42,190 nt of DNA from Nitrospirota bacterium (GTDB lineage: Bacteria > Nitrospirota > Nitrospiria > JBHHUU01), in the NCBI GenBank assembly GCA_046753905.1, contig JBHHUU010000002.1, positions 1 through 42,190 on the forward strand, given 5' to 3'. This document shows positions 6,710 to 14,961 of this stretch, piece by piece. A program made the position numbers and the translations under genes. Each line of letters opens with the position of its first letter. Within the stretch, counting starts at the first letter, position 1. The notes under the pieces were generated by a model that was given only the letters and a program-made list of their open reading frames with translations, was not told the origin of the DNA and ran no database searches.

Positions 6710-7681
6710 GTGAGATTATCTGTTAAACGGGTTATTATATGCCTCTTCCTTATATCTATATTCTGTGCAGGAGGTGATATATATTCATCCTCTGTCTCTA
6801 CCAATAAAGATAGCCTGCCTCTGGAGGTCACAGCAGAAGTTGATAAAGTGTCTGTAAATATAGGTGATAAACTCAGGTATACTATAACAGCGGCAGCAGG
6901 AAGGGATATAGAGATAGAGATGCCAAAGTTTGGTGAAAACCTTGGTGATTTTACTATAAGAGACTTTGGCACATCAGAGGGTGGATGGTGGTTTTTTGGA
7001 AAGAAGAGACTGGTTCAGTGGTATATCTTAGATATCTATGAGACAGGAAAATATACCATTCCTAAGTCAATAATAAGATACAGGAAAAAGGGTGAAAAGG
7101 AATGGAAGAGTATAGAGACAGATGAGATAGAGATAGAGGTGATAAGCCTCCTTGATAATAATGGTAAAAAGGGTGATATCAGGGGGATAAGGGAGCCTGT
7201 GGGATTACCATTCAGAGTAAACCCCTATTTAATTGAAGGAATTTTATTAGTTATTCTTGCTGCTGCAGGCGGTATATGGTTCTTTTTCTTCAGGAAAAAG
7301 AGAGAGCCAGAGATAAAGAGACCTTCTGTGCCTGCCCATGAGGCAGCCTATAGAAGGCTTGAGAGGCTAAGGGAAAAGGAGCTTATTAAAGAGGGGAGGG
7401 TTAAGGATTATTATATTGAGCTATCTGATTGTGTAAGACATTATCTTGAAGACAGGTTTACTCTTAGGGCACCTGAGATGGCTACAGAGGAGTTTTTAGG
7501 GATGCTTAAGGATTCCAGAGAGTTATCTTATGATCATAAGGTATTATTAAAGGAGTTTTTGGTGCACTGTGATATGGTAAAGTTTGCTAAATATGGTCCT
7601 GGTAAGTCAGAGATAGATGCAAGCCTTGAGTCAGCATTCAGGCTTGTGGATGAGACCAAAACGATGGAGGCAGTGGGTTAA
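6710..7681 (+). CDS. BatD-like / DUF4381-type membrane protein (short paralog of 10600-12411)
   Basis: GTG start with AGGAGG RBS. It has a signal peptide, a beta-rich domain, a TM helix (LLVILAAAGGIWFFFF), and a C-terminal helical region (HEAAYRRLERL...YYIELSDCVRHYLEDRF...TEEFL...CDMVKFAKY) parallel to the BatD C-terminus. Confidence 0.6.
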   Translation: MRLSVKRVIICLFLISIFCAGGDIYSSSVSTNKDSLPLEVTAEVDKVSVNIGDKLRYTITAAAGRDIEIEMPKFGENLGDFTIRDFGTSEGGWWFFGKKRLVQWYILDIYETGKYTIPKSIIRYRKKGEKEWKSIETDEIEIEVISLLDNNGKKGDIRGIREPVGLPFRVNPYLIEGILLVILAAAGGIWFFFFRKKREPEIKRPSVPAHEAAYRRLERLREKELIKEGRVKDYYIELSDCVRHYLEDRFTLRAPEMATEEFLGMLKDSRELSYDHKVLLKEFLVHCDMVKFAKYGPGKSEIDASLESAFRLVDETKTMEAVG

Positions 7682-7685
7682 TCAG

Positions 7686-8681
7686 ATGATATTTCATAAT
7701 CCAGAGGTCTTAATATTATTGCCTTTTATAATAGTGTGTATCATATATGCAAAGAAAAAGAGGAGGCATGCTGGTTTCAGGTTCTCATCCAGTGTTCTTA
7801 TCAAGGGTTTGAAGCCATCTTTCAGACTGAGGTCAGAAAAAGGGCTTATATTTCTGAGGATGACAGGTCTCTGTTTAATAGTCATAGCCCTTGCAAGACC
7901 ACAATCTTCTATATCAGAGACAAAGATTACTACAGAAGGTATTGATATTATACTGGCTATTGATACATCTACAAGCATGCTTGCAGAGGACTTTACTCTG
8001 AGAGGAAAGAGACAGAACAGGCTGAAGGTGGTCAAGAGCGTGGTCAAGGAGTTTGTTAAAGGTAGACCTGATGACAGGATAGCCCTGATAGCATTTGCTG
8101 CAAGAGGTTATATGGTCTCTCCTCTCACGCTTGACCATGGGTGGCTATTGCAAAACTTAGAGAGGGTTAAGATAGGTATGATAGAGGATGGCACTGCTAT
8201 CGGCTCTGGTATAATGTCTTCTCTCAACAGGATAAAGGATACAGACTCAAAAGGAAAGGTGATAATACTCCTTACAGACGGAAGGAATAATGCAGGTAAG
8301 ATATCACCGCTAACTGCGGCAGAGGCTGCAAAGGCGTTAAAGGTAAAGGTTTATACTATTGGAGCAGGGACAAAGGGTCTCGCCCCCTACCCTGTAAAAG
8401 ATTTCTTTGGGAATACTGTCTATAAATCAGTCAAGATAGATATAGATGAAGATATTCTGAACAAGATAGCTCAAAAGACAGGCGCAAAATACTTCAGGGC
8501 AACAGACACAAAGAGCCTGATTAAGATATATAAGGAGATCGACAGACTGGAAAAGAGACCTATTGAAGAGACAGGATATCTGAAATATAATGAACTTTTT
8601 CCATATTTCCTGACTCCTGCTATTGTTTTGATATTTTTAGAGGTTGCTTTAGGGAATACTATATTCAGGAGATTGCCATAG
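7686..8681 (+). CDS. batA: BatA-type membrane VWA protein
   Basis: The ORF track starts at 7617. I prefer ATG 7686 (MIFHNPEVLILLPFIIV...), the typical N-terminal TM start, just after the upstream stop. The VWA MIDAS motif DTSTSM is present, and there is a C-terminal TM. Confidence 0.8.
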   Translation: MIFHNPEVLILLPFIIVCIIYAKKKRRHAGFRFSSSVLIKGLKPSFRLRSEKGLIFLRMTGLCLIVIALARPQSSISETKITTEGIDIILAIDTSTSMLAEDFTLRGKRQNRLKVVKSVVKEFVKGRPDDRIALIAFAARGYMVSPLTLDHGWLLQNLERVKIGMIEDGTAIGSGIMSSLNRIKDTDSKGKVIILLTDGRNNAGKISPLTAAEAAKALKVKVYTIGAGTKGLAPYPVKDFFGNTVYKSVKIDIDEDILNKIAQKTGAKYFRATDTKSLIKIYKEIDRLEKRPIEETGYLKYNELFPYFLTPAIVLIFLEVALGNTIFRRLP

Positions 8682-8683
8682 AT

Positions 8684-10597
8684 ATGAAGTTCGGTAATAT
8701 CAATGCAGGATATATGCTTTTATCAGTCGTTGGGTTGAGTCTCTTCTACTTCTGGGTATCTAAAAAGAGGAAGAGACTGAAGGAGATATTTGCGGAGAGA
8801 GGTCTTCTGAATATTCTACTCTCTTCGGCAAACATTGCTGCTCAGAGACAGAAGGCAATATTAATAACTGGCGGAATCTTTTTATGCGTATTATCTTTAA
8901 TGAGGCCGGAGTGGGGGTTCCACTGGGAAAAAGTAAAGAGGAGAGGACTTGATATAATAATAGCCATAGATACATCAAAGAGTATGCTGGCAGAGGATGT
9001 AAAGCCAAACAGGCTTGAACGGGCAAAACTCGCAGTTAAAGACATGATTAAAAAACTCAGAGGCGACAGGATCGGCCTTGCAGCATTTGCAGGAAGTGCG
9101 TTTCTTCAATCTCCTCTGACTGTTGACTATAATGGCTTTATACTCTCATTGGACAGCCTTGCTACAGACACTATTCCAAAGGGAGGGACATCCCTCTCAA
9201 GTGCTATAAGAGAGGCTATAAAGGGGTATGAAGGAAAAGAGAAAAAGTATAAGGTGCTGGTAATCATTACAGATGGCGAGACCCACGAGGGCGACCCTGT
9301 AAAGGCAGCAGAAGAGGCAAAGGATGCAGGCATTAAGATATTCTGTATAGGTATAGGCACAAAGGAGGGGGAGTTGATACCTGTCAGAGATGAGAGAGGC
9401 AATAAGGTCTTTTTGAAAGATAGCCGGGGCAATGTGGTCAAATCCCGTCTGGATGAAACGACACTTAAAAAGATTGCATTAAGCACAGGTGGAAGCTATG
9501 TCCGCTCTACTGCAAAGGAATTTGGATTAGCCCTGATCTATAGAGAGAGGCTCTCAAAGATGGAGAAAAAGGATATTGAGAATAAGATGGTTAAACACTA
9601 TGAGGAGAGGTTTCAGTTACCATTAGCTCTTGCCCTGATATTCCTATTGGCAGAGATGTTTGTGAATGAAAGAAAGAGGGAAAAGAGGAATCATGCAGAA
9701 GATGGCGGAGGCAGAAAGAGAGGATTCTTAAAGTGGATCTGGGGTAATCGCTCCTTTATATGGGTCTTAATTGTGATGTCAGGACTTTTAATAACATCAG
9801 AAGCCCTTGCAGCATCTACTAAGAAGATATTGAATAAGGCAAACGGATTATACAGGGAAGGCAAGTATGGTGATGCTATAAAGAGATATAATGAAATATT
9901 GAGCAATGATCCTGACTCTCCGATTGCAAACTTTAATGCTGGAGCTGCATATTATAAACAGGGAGACTACAAAAAGGCAGAAGAATTTTTTTTAAAGGCA
10001 TTGACAACAGAAGATAGGGAGCTTGAGGTAATGGCAAATTATAATATGGGCAACTCAAAATATAGAGAGGCAATGCTCAAGAAAGATAAAGAGCCTCACG
10101 AGGCAGCAGACCTATTAAAGGAGTCCCTTGACTATTATAAGAGGGCAATAGAGTTAAACAGAGATGATAAGGACGCAAAATTCAATCATGAATTTACAGA
10201 GAAGAGTCTAAAGATATTATTAGATAAACTTAAAAACATGGAAAAAAAAGAGGGGGAGTCTGATAAAAAGGATAAACCCGAAGAAAATAGAGGTAAGAAA
10301 GAGAGAAAAGAACAGGCGGATAGCTCTAAGAGAGAGGATAAAAAGAAAAAAGGGGATGGAAAAAAGCAGGCGGGAGATACCCCAAGAGGTGCTAATGATA
10401 AAAAAGAACCTGAAGACACAAAAACTAGACAGAAAAAAGAAGAGGCTGGACAAAAGGGAGATAAAGAGGTAAAAGAGATGTCTGAGGATGAGGCAAGGAT
10501 GTTATTAGAGGGATATATGCAGGAAGAGGAGTCAGAAAAGAGATTGAAATTTGAAAAGAGAGAGGGTTATTATCCTGAGGTATTAAAAGATTGGTAA
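8684..10597 (+). CDS. batB: BatB-type VWA protein fused to a BatC-like TPR region and a Lys/Glu-rich tail
   Basis: 637 aa. N-terminal TMs, MIDAS DTSKSM, an internal TM, TPR repeats (LYREGKYGDAIKRYNEIL...), then a highly charged K/E/D tail. Confidence 0.8.
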   Translation: MKFGNINAGYMLLSVVGLSLFYFWVSKKRKRLKEIFAERGLLNILLSSANIAAQRQKAILITGGIFLCVLSLMRPEWGFHWEKVKRRGLDIIIAIDTSKSMLAEDVKPNRLERAKLAVKDMIKKLRGDRIGLAAFAGSAFLQSPLTVDYNGFILSLDSLATDTIPKGGTSLSSAIREAIKGYEGKEKKYKVLVIITDGETHEGDPVKAAEEAKDAGIKIFCIGIGTKEGELIPVRDERGNKVFLKDSRGNVVKSRLDETTLKKIALSTGGSYVRSTAKEFGLALIYRERLSKMEKKDIENKMVKHYEERFQLPLALALIFLLAEMFVNERKREKRNHAEDGGGRKRGFLKWIWGNRSFIWVLIVMSGLLITSEALAASTKKILNKANGLYREGKYGDAIKRYNEILSNDPDSPIANFNAGAAYYKQGDYKKAEEFFLKALTTEDRELEVMANYNMGNSKYREAMLKKDKEPHEAADLLKESLDYYKRAIELNRDDKDAKFNHEFTEKSLKILLDKLKNMEKKEGESDKKDKPEENRGKKERKEQADSSKREDKKKKGDGKKQAGDTPRGANDKKEPEDTKTRQKKEEAGQKGDKEVKEMSEDEARMLLEGYMQEEESEKRLKFEKREGYYPEVLKDW

Positions 10598-10599
10598 AA

Positions 10600-12411
10600 A
10601 TGAGACGGTTATTAGTTATTAGTTGTCAGTTGTCGGTATTTATTATTAGCCTATTTTTGTTACTACAGGTATCTTTTGCCCAGGAGATACGGTTTGAGGC
10701 AGGAGTGGACAGAAATACAGTATCATTGGGGCAGAGTGTGCAGCTCAGCCTGACATTTCATGATACTCAGGATATCCCTGCGCCTGAGTTAAACAAGATT
10801 GAGGGTTTTAAATCAAGGTATGTAGGTCCGTCTTCAAGGATGTCTATCATAAATGGAAAGGTCTCATCATCTATAAGCCATATCTATTCTCTTCTCCCTA
10901 TAAAGACAGGCAGATTTCAGATAGGACCGATATCTTTCTCTTATAAGGGCAACACCTATAAGTCAAATTCAGTCGTTATTGAAGTAGTGGATAGCCCTTC
11001 TCCACAGATACCTCATTCTCAATCCTCAAATCAAAAGGCTATAGACCTGAAAGACAGGGTCTTTCTTGTTATAAAACCAGAAAAAAAGAAGGCATATATA
11101 AACGAAAACATTAGATTAATCATAAAACTATATATCTATAATGTTACCATAAAGGATATTGAATATCCAGAGTTTGAACATGATGGTTTTTCTGTAGGAG
11201 AATTCGGCAAACCGAAAGAATATCAGGAGATAGTCGGAGGCATGCCCTATAATGTCTTAGAGTTTGATACAGAGATATTCGGGACAAGGCCTGGCAAATT
11301 TAAACTTGGACCTGCAAAGATAAAGTGTAATCTAATAGTTAAAAAGGGACGAAGACGAAGTTTACCATCCATCTTTGATGACTTTGATGACTTCTTTGGC
11401 AGATATGAGGCATATCCGTTAGACCTGACATCATCTGACATACCAATAACCATAAAATCACTTCCCACAGAAAACAGACCTGAAGATTTTGCAGGTGCGG
11501 TCGGGAGATATGACCTCCATATAACAGCATCTCCGAAAAAGATAGAGGCAGGAGACCCTGTTACCCTAAAGATAACTATAACAGGTAAAGGCAATCTCAA
11601 TACCGTAAGTTTTCCTCATATAGATATAAAAGATGGATTCAAGACATATAAGCCTCAGATAAAACAGAATAGGAATAAAAAGGTATTTGAACAGGTTATT
11701 ATTCCTAAAAAAGAGACAATAAAAGAGGTCCCAGAGGTCAGTTTCAGCTTCTTTGACCCTGAAAAGGAGAGATACTATACCCTTGCTAAAGGTCCTATTC
11801 CCATCGTAGTAACAAAGCCGGACAGAGAGGAGAGTGTAGAGATAGTTGAGATGCCGAAGGGGTCTGTAGTACCTGTAAAAAAGGAGATACTTGGGAAAGA
11901 TATTGTCTACATAAAGACCTCCATTGGAAGAGTGAAGAGGAGAGGAGACTATCTATATAAGAATAGTATATTCTGGTTTATTCAGGTCATCCCGCTCTTT
12001 GCTGTTGTATCTCTGTCTCTGGTACAGAGAAAGAGAAGGAAGATAAAAAGCGATGTAAGGTATGCAAAGAGTCTCATTGCATACAAAAAGGCAGCAAAGG
12101 GGATAAAGAAGGCTGGTCAGCTTCTGTATGAAGAAAATAGAGAGGAGTTTTACCACTTAATATTTAAGATAATTCAAGAATATATAGGTGATAAGTTTCA
12201 TCTCGTATCACAGGGTATCACAATGGGGGTCATTGATGAGACCCTGAGGCGATCTCAAGATATTAACGAGGATATCCTCAGCAGGATAAAAGAGATATTC
12301 ACAGAGTGCGATATGGCACGATATGCCCCTTCAGGTTTTACAAAAGGGAAGATGGAAGATACATTGAAGAAACTAAAGGAGGTTATAGAGTACTTGGAGA
12401 GGAAGGGATAG
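10600..12411 (+). CDS. batD: BatD (oxygen-tolerance family) protein
   Basis: The ORF track starts at TTG 10591. ATG 10600, 2 nt after the batB stop, is more plausible. It has a signal peptide, repeated beta domains, a TM near FWFIQVIPLFAVVSLSLV, and a DUF4381-like C-terminus. Confidence 0.75.
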   Translation: MRRLLVISCQLSVFIISLFLLLQVSFAQEIRFEAGVDRNTVSLGQSVQLSLTFHDTQDIPAPELNKIEGFKSRYVGPSSRMSIINGKVSSSISHIYSLLPIKTGRFQIGPISFSYKGNTYKSNSVVIEVVDSPSPQIPHSQSSNQKAIDLKDRVFLVIKPEKKKAYINENIRLIIKLYIYNVTIKDIEYPEFEHDGFSVGEFGKPKEYQEIVGGMPYNVLEFDTEIFGTRPGKFKLGPAKIKCNLIVKKGRRRSLPSIFDDFDDFFGRYEAYPLDLTSSDIPITIKSLPTENRPEDFAGAVGRYDLHITASPKKIEAGDPVTLKITITGKGNLNTVSFPHIDIKDGFKTYKPQIKQNRNKKVFEQVIIPKKETIKEVPEVSFSFFDPEKERYYTLAKGPIPIVVTKPDREESVEIVEMPKGSVVPVKKEILGKDIVYIKTSIGRVKRRGDYLYKNSIFWFIQVIPLFAVVSLSLVQRKRRKIKSDVRYAKSLIAYKKAAKGIKKAGQLLYEENREEFYHLIFKIIQEYIGDKFHLVSQGITMGVIDETLRRSQDINEDILSRIKEIFTECDMARYAPSGFTKGKMEDTLKKLKEVIEYLERKG

Positions 12412-12461
12412 GAAGAATTGAAAATTAAGGTGATTATAGAATTTTTAGAGAGGAAGAGGAT

Positions 12462-13232
12462 ATGAAGAGGGTAACATTATATATGCTGCTTTTCTGTCTC
12501 CTGTTTTTCATAAATCAGGTATCTTTTGCAGAGAAGCAGGGGAAAACAGATACAGAAAACAGCTTCTCAGAGGCAAATAGATTATATGAAAAAGGGAGAT
12601 ATGATGATGCGGTTAAGGCGTACGAGAGACTGCTTTCTCATGGTATTGAGAGCGGCAGTATATATTACAATTTAGGAAATGCCTACTTTAAAAAAGGAGA
12701 GCTGTCAAGGGCGATACTAAACTATGAAAGGGCAAGGCTGTTTATTCCTGATGACAGCGATCTAAGATTCAATCAGGAATATGCAGTATCATTATTAAGT
12801 GAGACACCTCAAGAAGATAGGGGGGGATGGTTTACAAGAACTCTGAACAGGCTATCGGAAAGATTTTCTGTCAATGGACTGACTATATTATTATCATCTC
12901 TCTATATGACAATATGTATAATCCTGATTATCAGGATCTATGCAGACAGGATCAGAAGATTTTATATCCCTCTTATCTCTATCTTAGTAGTATTCTTGAT
13001 ATCAGGCGCCTTTTTACTCAATAATAAGGTCTCTCATATCGGCAGAGAGGCAATAGTAGTAACGAAAGAGGCAAAGGCAAAGTTTGAACCATTTGACAGT
13101 GCTACTACATACTTTTCGCTCTCTGAAGGAAACAAAATAGAGGTCATAGAAAAAAAAGATGACTGGTACAGGATAAAGAGGGGAGACGGCAAGGTAGGAT
13201 GGATTAATAAAGCCATGTTAGAGATAATCTGA
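12462..13232 (+). CDS. batE: BatE-type TPR plus SH3 membrane protein
   Basis: 256 aa. Signal peptide, TPR (YEKGRYDDAVKAYERLL, YYNLGNAYFKKGE), TM helices, and a C-terminal SH3-like segment (DDWYRIKRGDGKVGWINKAML). Confidence 0.75.
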   Translation: MKRVTLYMLLFCLLFFINQVSFAEKQGKTDTENSFSEANRLYEKGRYDDAVKAYERLLSHGIESGSIYYNLGNAYFKKGELSRAILNYERARLFIPDDSDLRFNQEYAVSLLSETPQEDRGGWFTRTLNRLSERFSVNGLTILLSSLYMTICIILIIRIYADRIRRFYIPLISILVVFLISGAFLLNNKVSHIGREAIVVTKEAKAKFEPFDSATTYFSLSEGNKIEVIEKKDDWYRIKRGDGKVGWINKAMLEII

Positions 13233-13333
13233 CTCTCTTTTATTTTATCACTTGAACTTTATTTTGGACTATATGACTTATGTTCCTGAGGGAAATGAGT
13301 TGCAAAACCCCTGACTTACATGGTATAAAATAA

Positions 13334-13459
13334 GAGTAACTATTCAGCATAATTGGAGAAATTAGCTGGGCAAAGCATCTTGTAATAATCAACCGATGCA
13401 AAGATGATTCTGAGAGAGAATTTTATATAAAGATGGCTATGTTCTTATATTGGGTCTAA
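13334..13459 (+). pseudogene. Remnant of a DUF1016 (YhcG-like PDDEXK nuclease) gene
   Basis: The frame from 13361 reads ISWAKHLVIINRCKDDSEREFYIKMA, then diverges and stops at 13457. This matches the conserved N-terminal ISWSH...KD..EREFYIKM block of DUF1016 as I recall it. The upstream NYSA piece is in another frame. Confidence 0.45.
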
Positions 13460-13709
13460 GGAGTTAAATAACAAACATCCAATACATAAGTTCTCAAGTT
13501 GTCAAGGGCAAAAAAACTCCCGTTAGTAAAAAATGAGACTTTTTGCTTTTTTTAAAAGAATTATCTGAAAAAAGATATCTGTAATTTGACTTGAGTTTCA
13601 ATTTTTTTGATTAGCAGATATATTCTGCCCATGTTATTGGCTTTTCTTTTGAATAAAACAACGGTTTCTTATATAATTGGAGGTAAGAAATTGAAAGGAG
13701 GCTATCAAA

Positions 13710-13940
13710 ATGAAAAATTCAGAGATATTTAATCGGATCTCATCTGATCCTGATATTTGCCATGGCAAGCCTTGCGTTAAAGGGACAAGAATACCGGTAT
13801 GTCCAGTAGTTTCCCTTATAGCAGAAGGTGAAAGTACCGAAACTATTATCCAAAATTACCCATCAATTACTCCTGATGACATAAAAGCTTCAATACAATA
13901 TGCTGCAAAACTATGTGAATATGAGGCATATGCGATATGA
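13710..13940 (+). CDS. DUF433 protein (antitoxin-like)
   Basis: 76 aa. DPDICHGKPCVKGTRIPV is the DUF433 signature. RBS GGAGG upstream. Confidence 0.7.
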   Translation: MKNSEIFNRISSDPDICHGKPCVKGTRIPVCPVVSLIAEGESTETIIQNYPSITPDDIKASIQYAAKLCEYEAYAI

Positions 13941-14708
13941 CACTCAAATTTCTTCTTTTAGAAGCACTAGACAGCCTTTTTCATAAAGACAATCATCCTG
14001 TCACCGATACAGAGAAATGGACTCAAGATGGAAAACAGCAAAAAGATACCGTCCAATTCCTTCAATCTGTGCTGACACTTCAGACAAAAATCTGGAAGGG
14101 TATTTCCTCTATAATTTTCAAATTGAACTGAACATACAACCTTCAAAGTTTCGTGAAGGTGATTTTCTTAAACTCACACCAACCCTCTTGACGCCCTTTT
14201 ATCTCCTGATAAACCATTGGCTATTCTATTGGCTGATCATCATAATTGTCATCAAAGATCAGACAGCGAAGCCATGCTTGCCGCAAAGATAGCCTTCCGT
14301 CTGATCTCTGCAAAGGGGTTAAGGGCTGACCAACTGGCTATAATATCTCCTCACCGAGCGCAAAATAATGCAATTGCAGACTATCTCAGCAAATTGTTCG
14401 GAGACAGACCTTTTGATCCCCCTATCATAGATACTGTTGAACGTATGCAGGGAGCTGAACGTAATGTTATCATCTTTTCCTTAACAACATCTGATATTGA
14501 CATGATAGAAAGTGAGTTTCTAAATAATCCCAATCGTTTCAATGTGGCAATTACCCGCGTCAGGCAAAAGCTGATTGTTATAGGAAGCCGAATATTTTTC
14601 AGCAATGTTGCCCGAAGGGAAGATACCTTACATCTTAATTATCATATAAAGGCATTCTATGAATTTTGCAGGGAAAGGGGTTGTGTTTATTCACTGCCTG
14701 AAATATGA
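13940..14708 (+). pseudogene. Internally deleted and frameshifted SF1 (Upf1/DNA2-like, AAA_12) helicase remnant
   Basis: The frame open from 14191 to 14708 (ORF track 14217..14708, TTG start) carries only C-terminal motifs: SEAMLAAKIAFRLI, IISPHRAQNNAI, IDTVERMQGAERNVIIFSLT, RFNVAITRVRQKLIVIGS. No Walker A or B appears anywhere. A different frame (14100-14190) reads ...KFREGDFLKLTP, like an N-terminal barrel segment. Confidence 0.55.
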
Positions 14709-14823
14709 TAACTTGGAACCCTTGCTCTGTAATAGCTGAATAGTTACGGAAAAAAGTAATGTTGAAATTACTGGATAGGGAGGATGTAGAGTGATAAATT
14801 TTTATTCCCCTTTGTGCCGACAT
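14635..14823 (-). pseudogene. Possible second DUF1016 N-terminal remnant
   Basis: RGIKIYHSTSSLSSNFNITFFRNYSAITEQG loosely parallels the PGIKGFSxSNLxxMRxFY block of DUF1016. It is short and isolated. Confidence 0.3.
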
Positions 14824-14880
14824 ATCGGCATGATTGTTTCATTTTGATTCTAGCGAATCGCTGGAACTACTATTAATTGC

Positions 14881-14909
14881 TTGCATTTATATCTTATTTG
14901 GAATATATT
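14881..14909 (+). promoter_or_regulatory. Candidate sigma-70 promoter for the TPR gene (TTGCAT-17-TATATT)
   Basis: -35 at 14881-14886, -10 at 14904-14909, about 50 nt upstream of ATG 14962. Confidence 0.35.
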
Positions 14910-14961
14910 TAAAGGTATCAGATGAGATAAATCTTGTATTGTAATAAGAGAAGAGTCAGAT

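Noticed and set aside
7617-7685. Upstream extension of batA given by the ORF track
   Set aside because: It overlaps the preceding gene by 65 nt. The Met at 7686 gives the typical BatA N-terminal TM start.
10186-10453. Two 77-aa minus-strand ORFs
   Set aside because: They are antisense to the Lys/Glu-rich tail of batB. The Phe/Ser/Leu-rich products are the expected mirror of AAG/GAA-rich coding DNA.
13937-14131. 64-aa ORF overlapping the DUF433 stop (ATGA), considered as the expected DUF5615/PIN-like toxin partner
   Set aside because: Only the first residues (MTLKFLL) faintly resemble that family. The rest has no acidic catalytic pattern, and it merges into helicase debris. It is treated as part of the decayed region.
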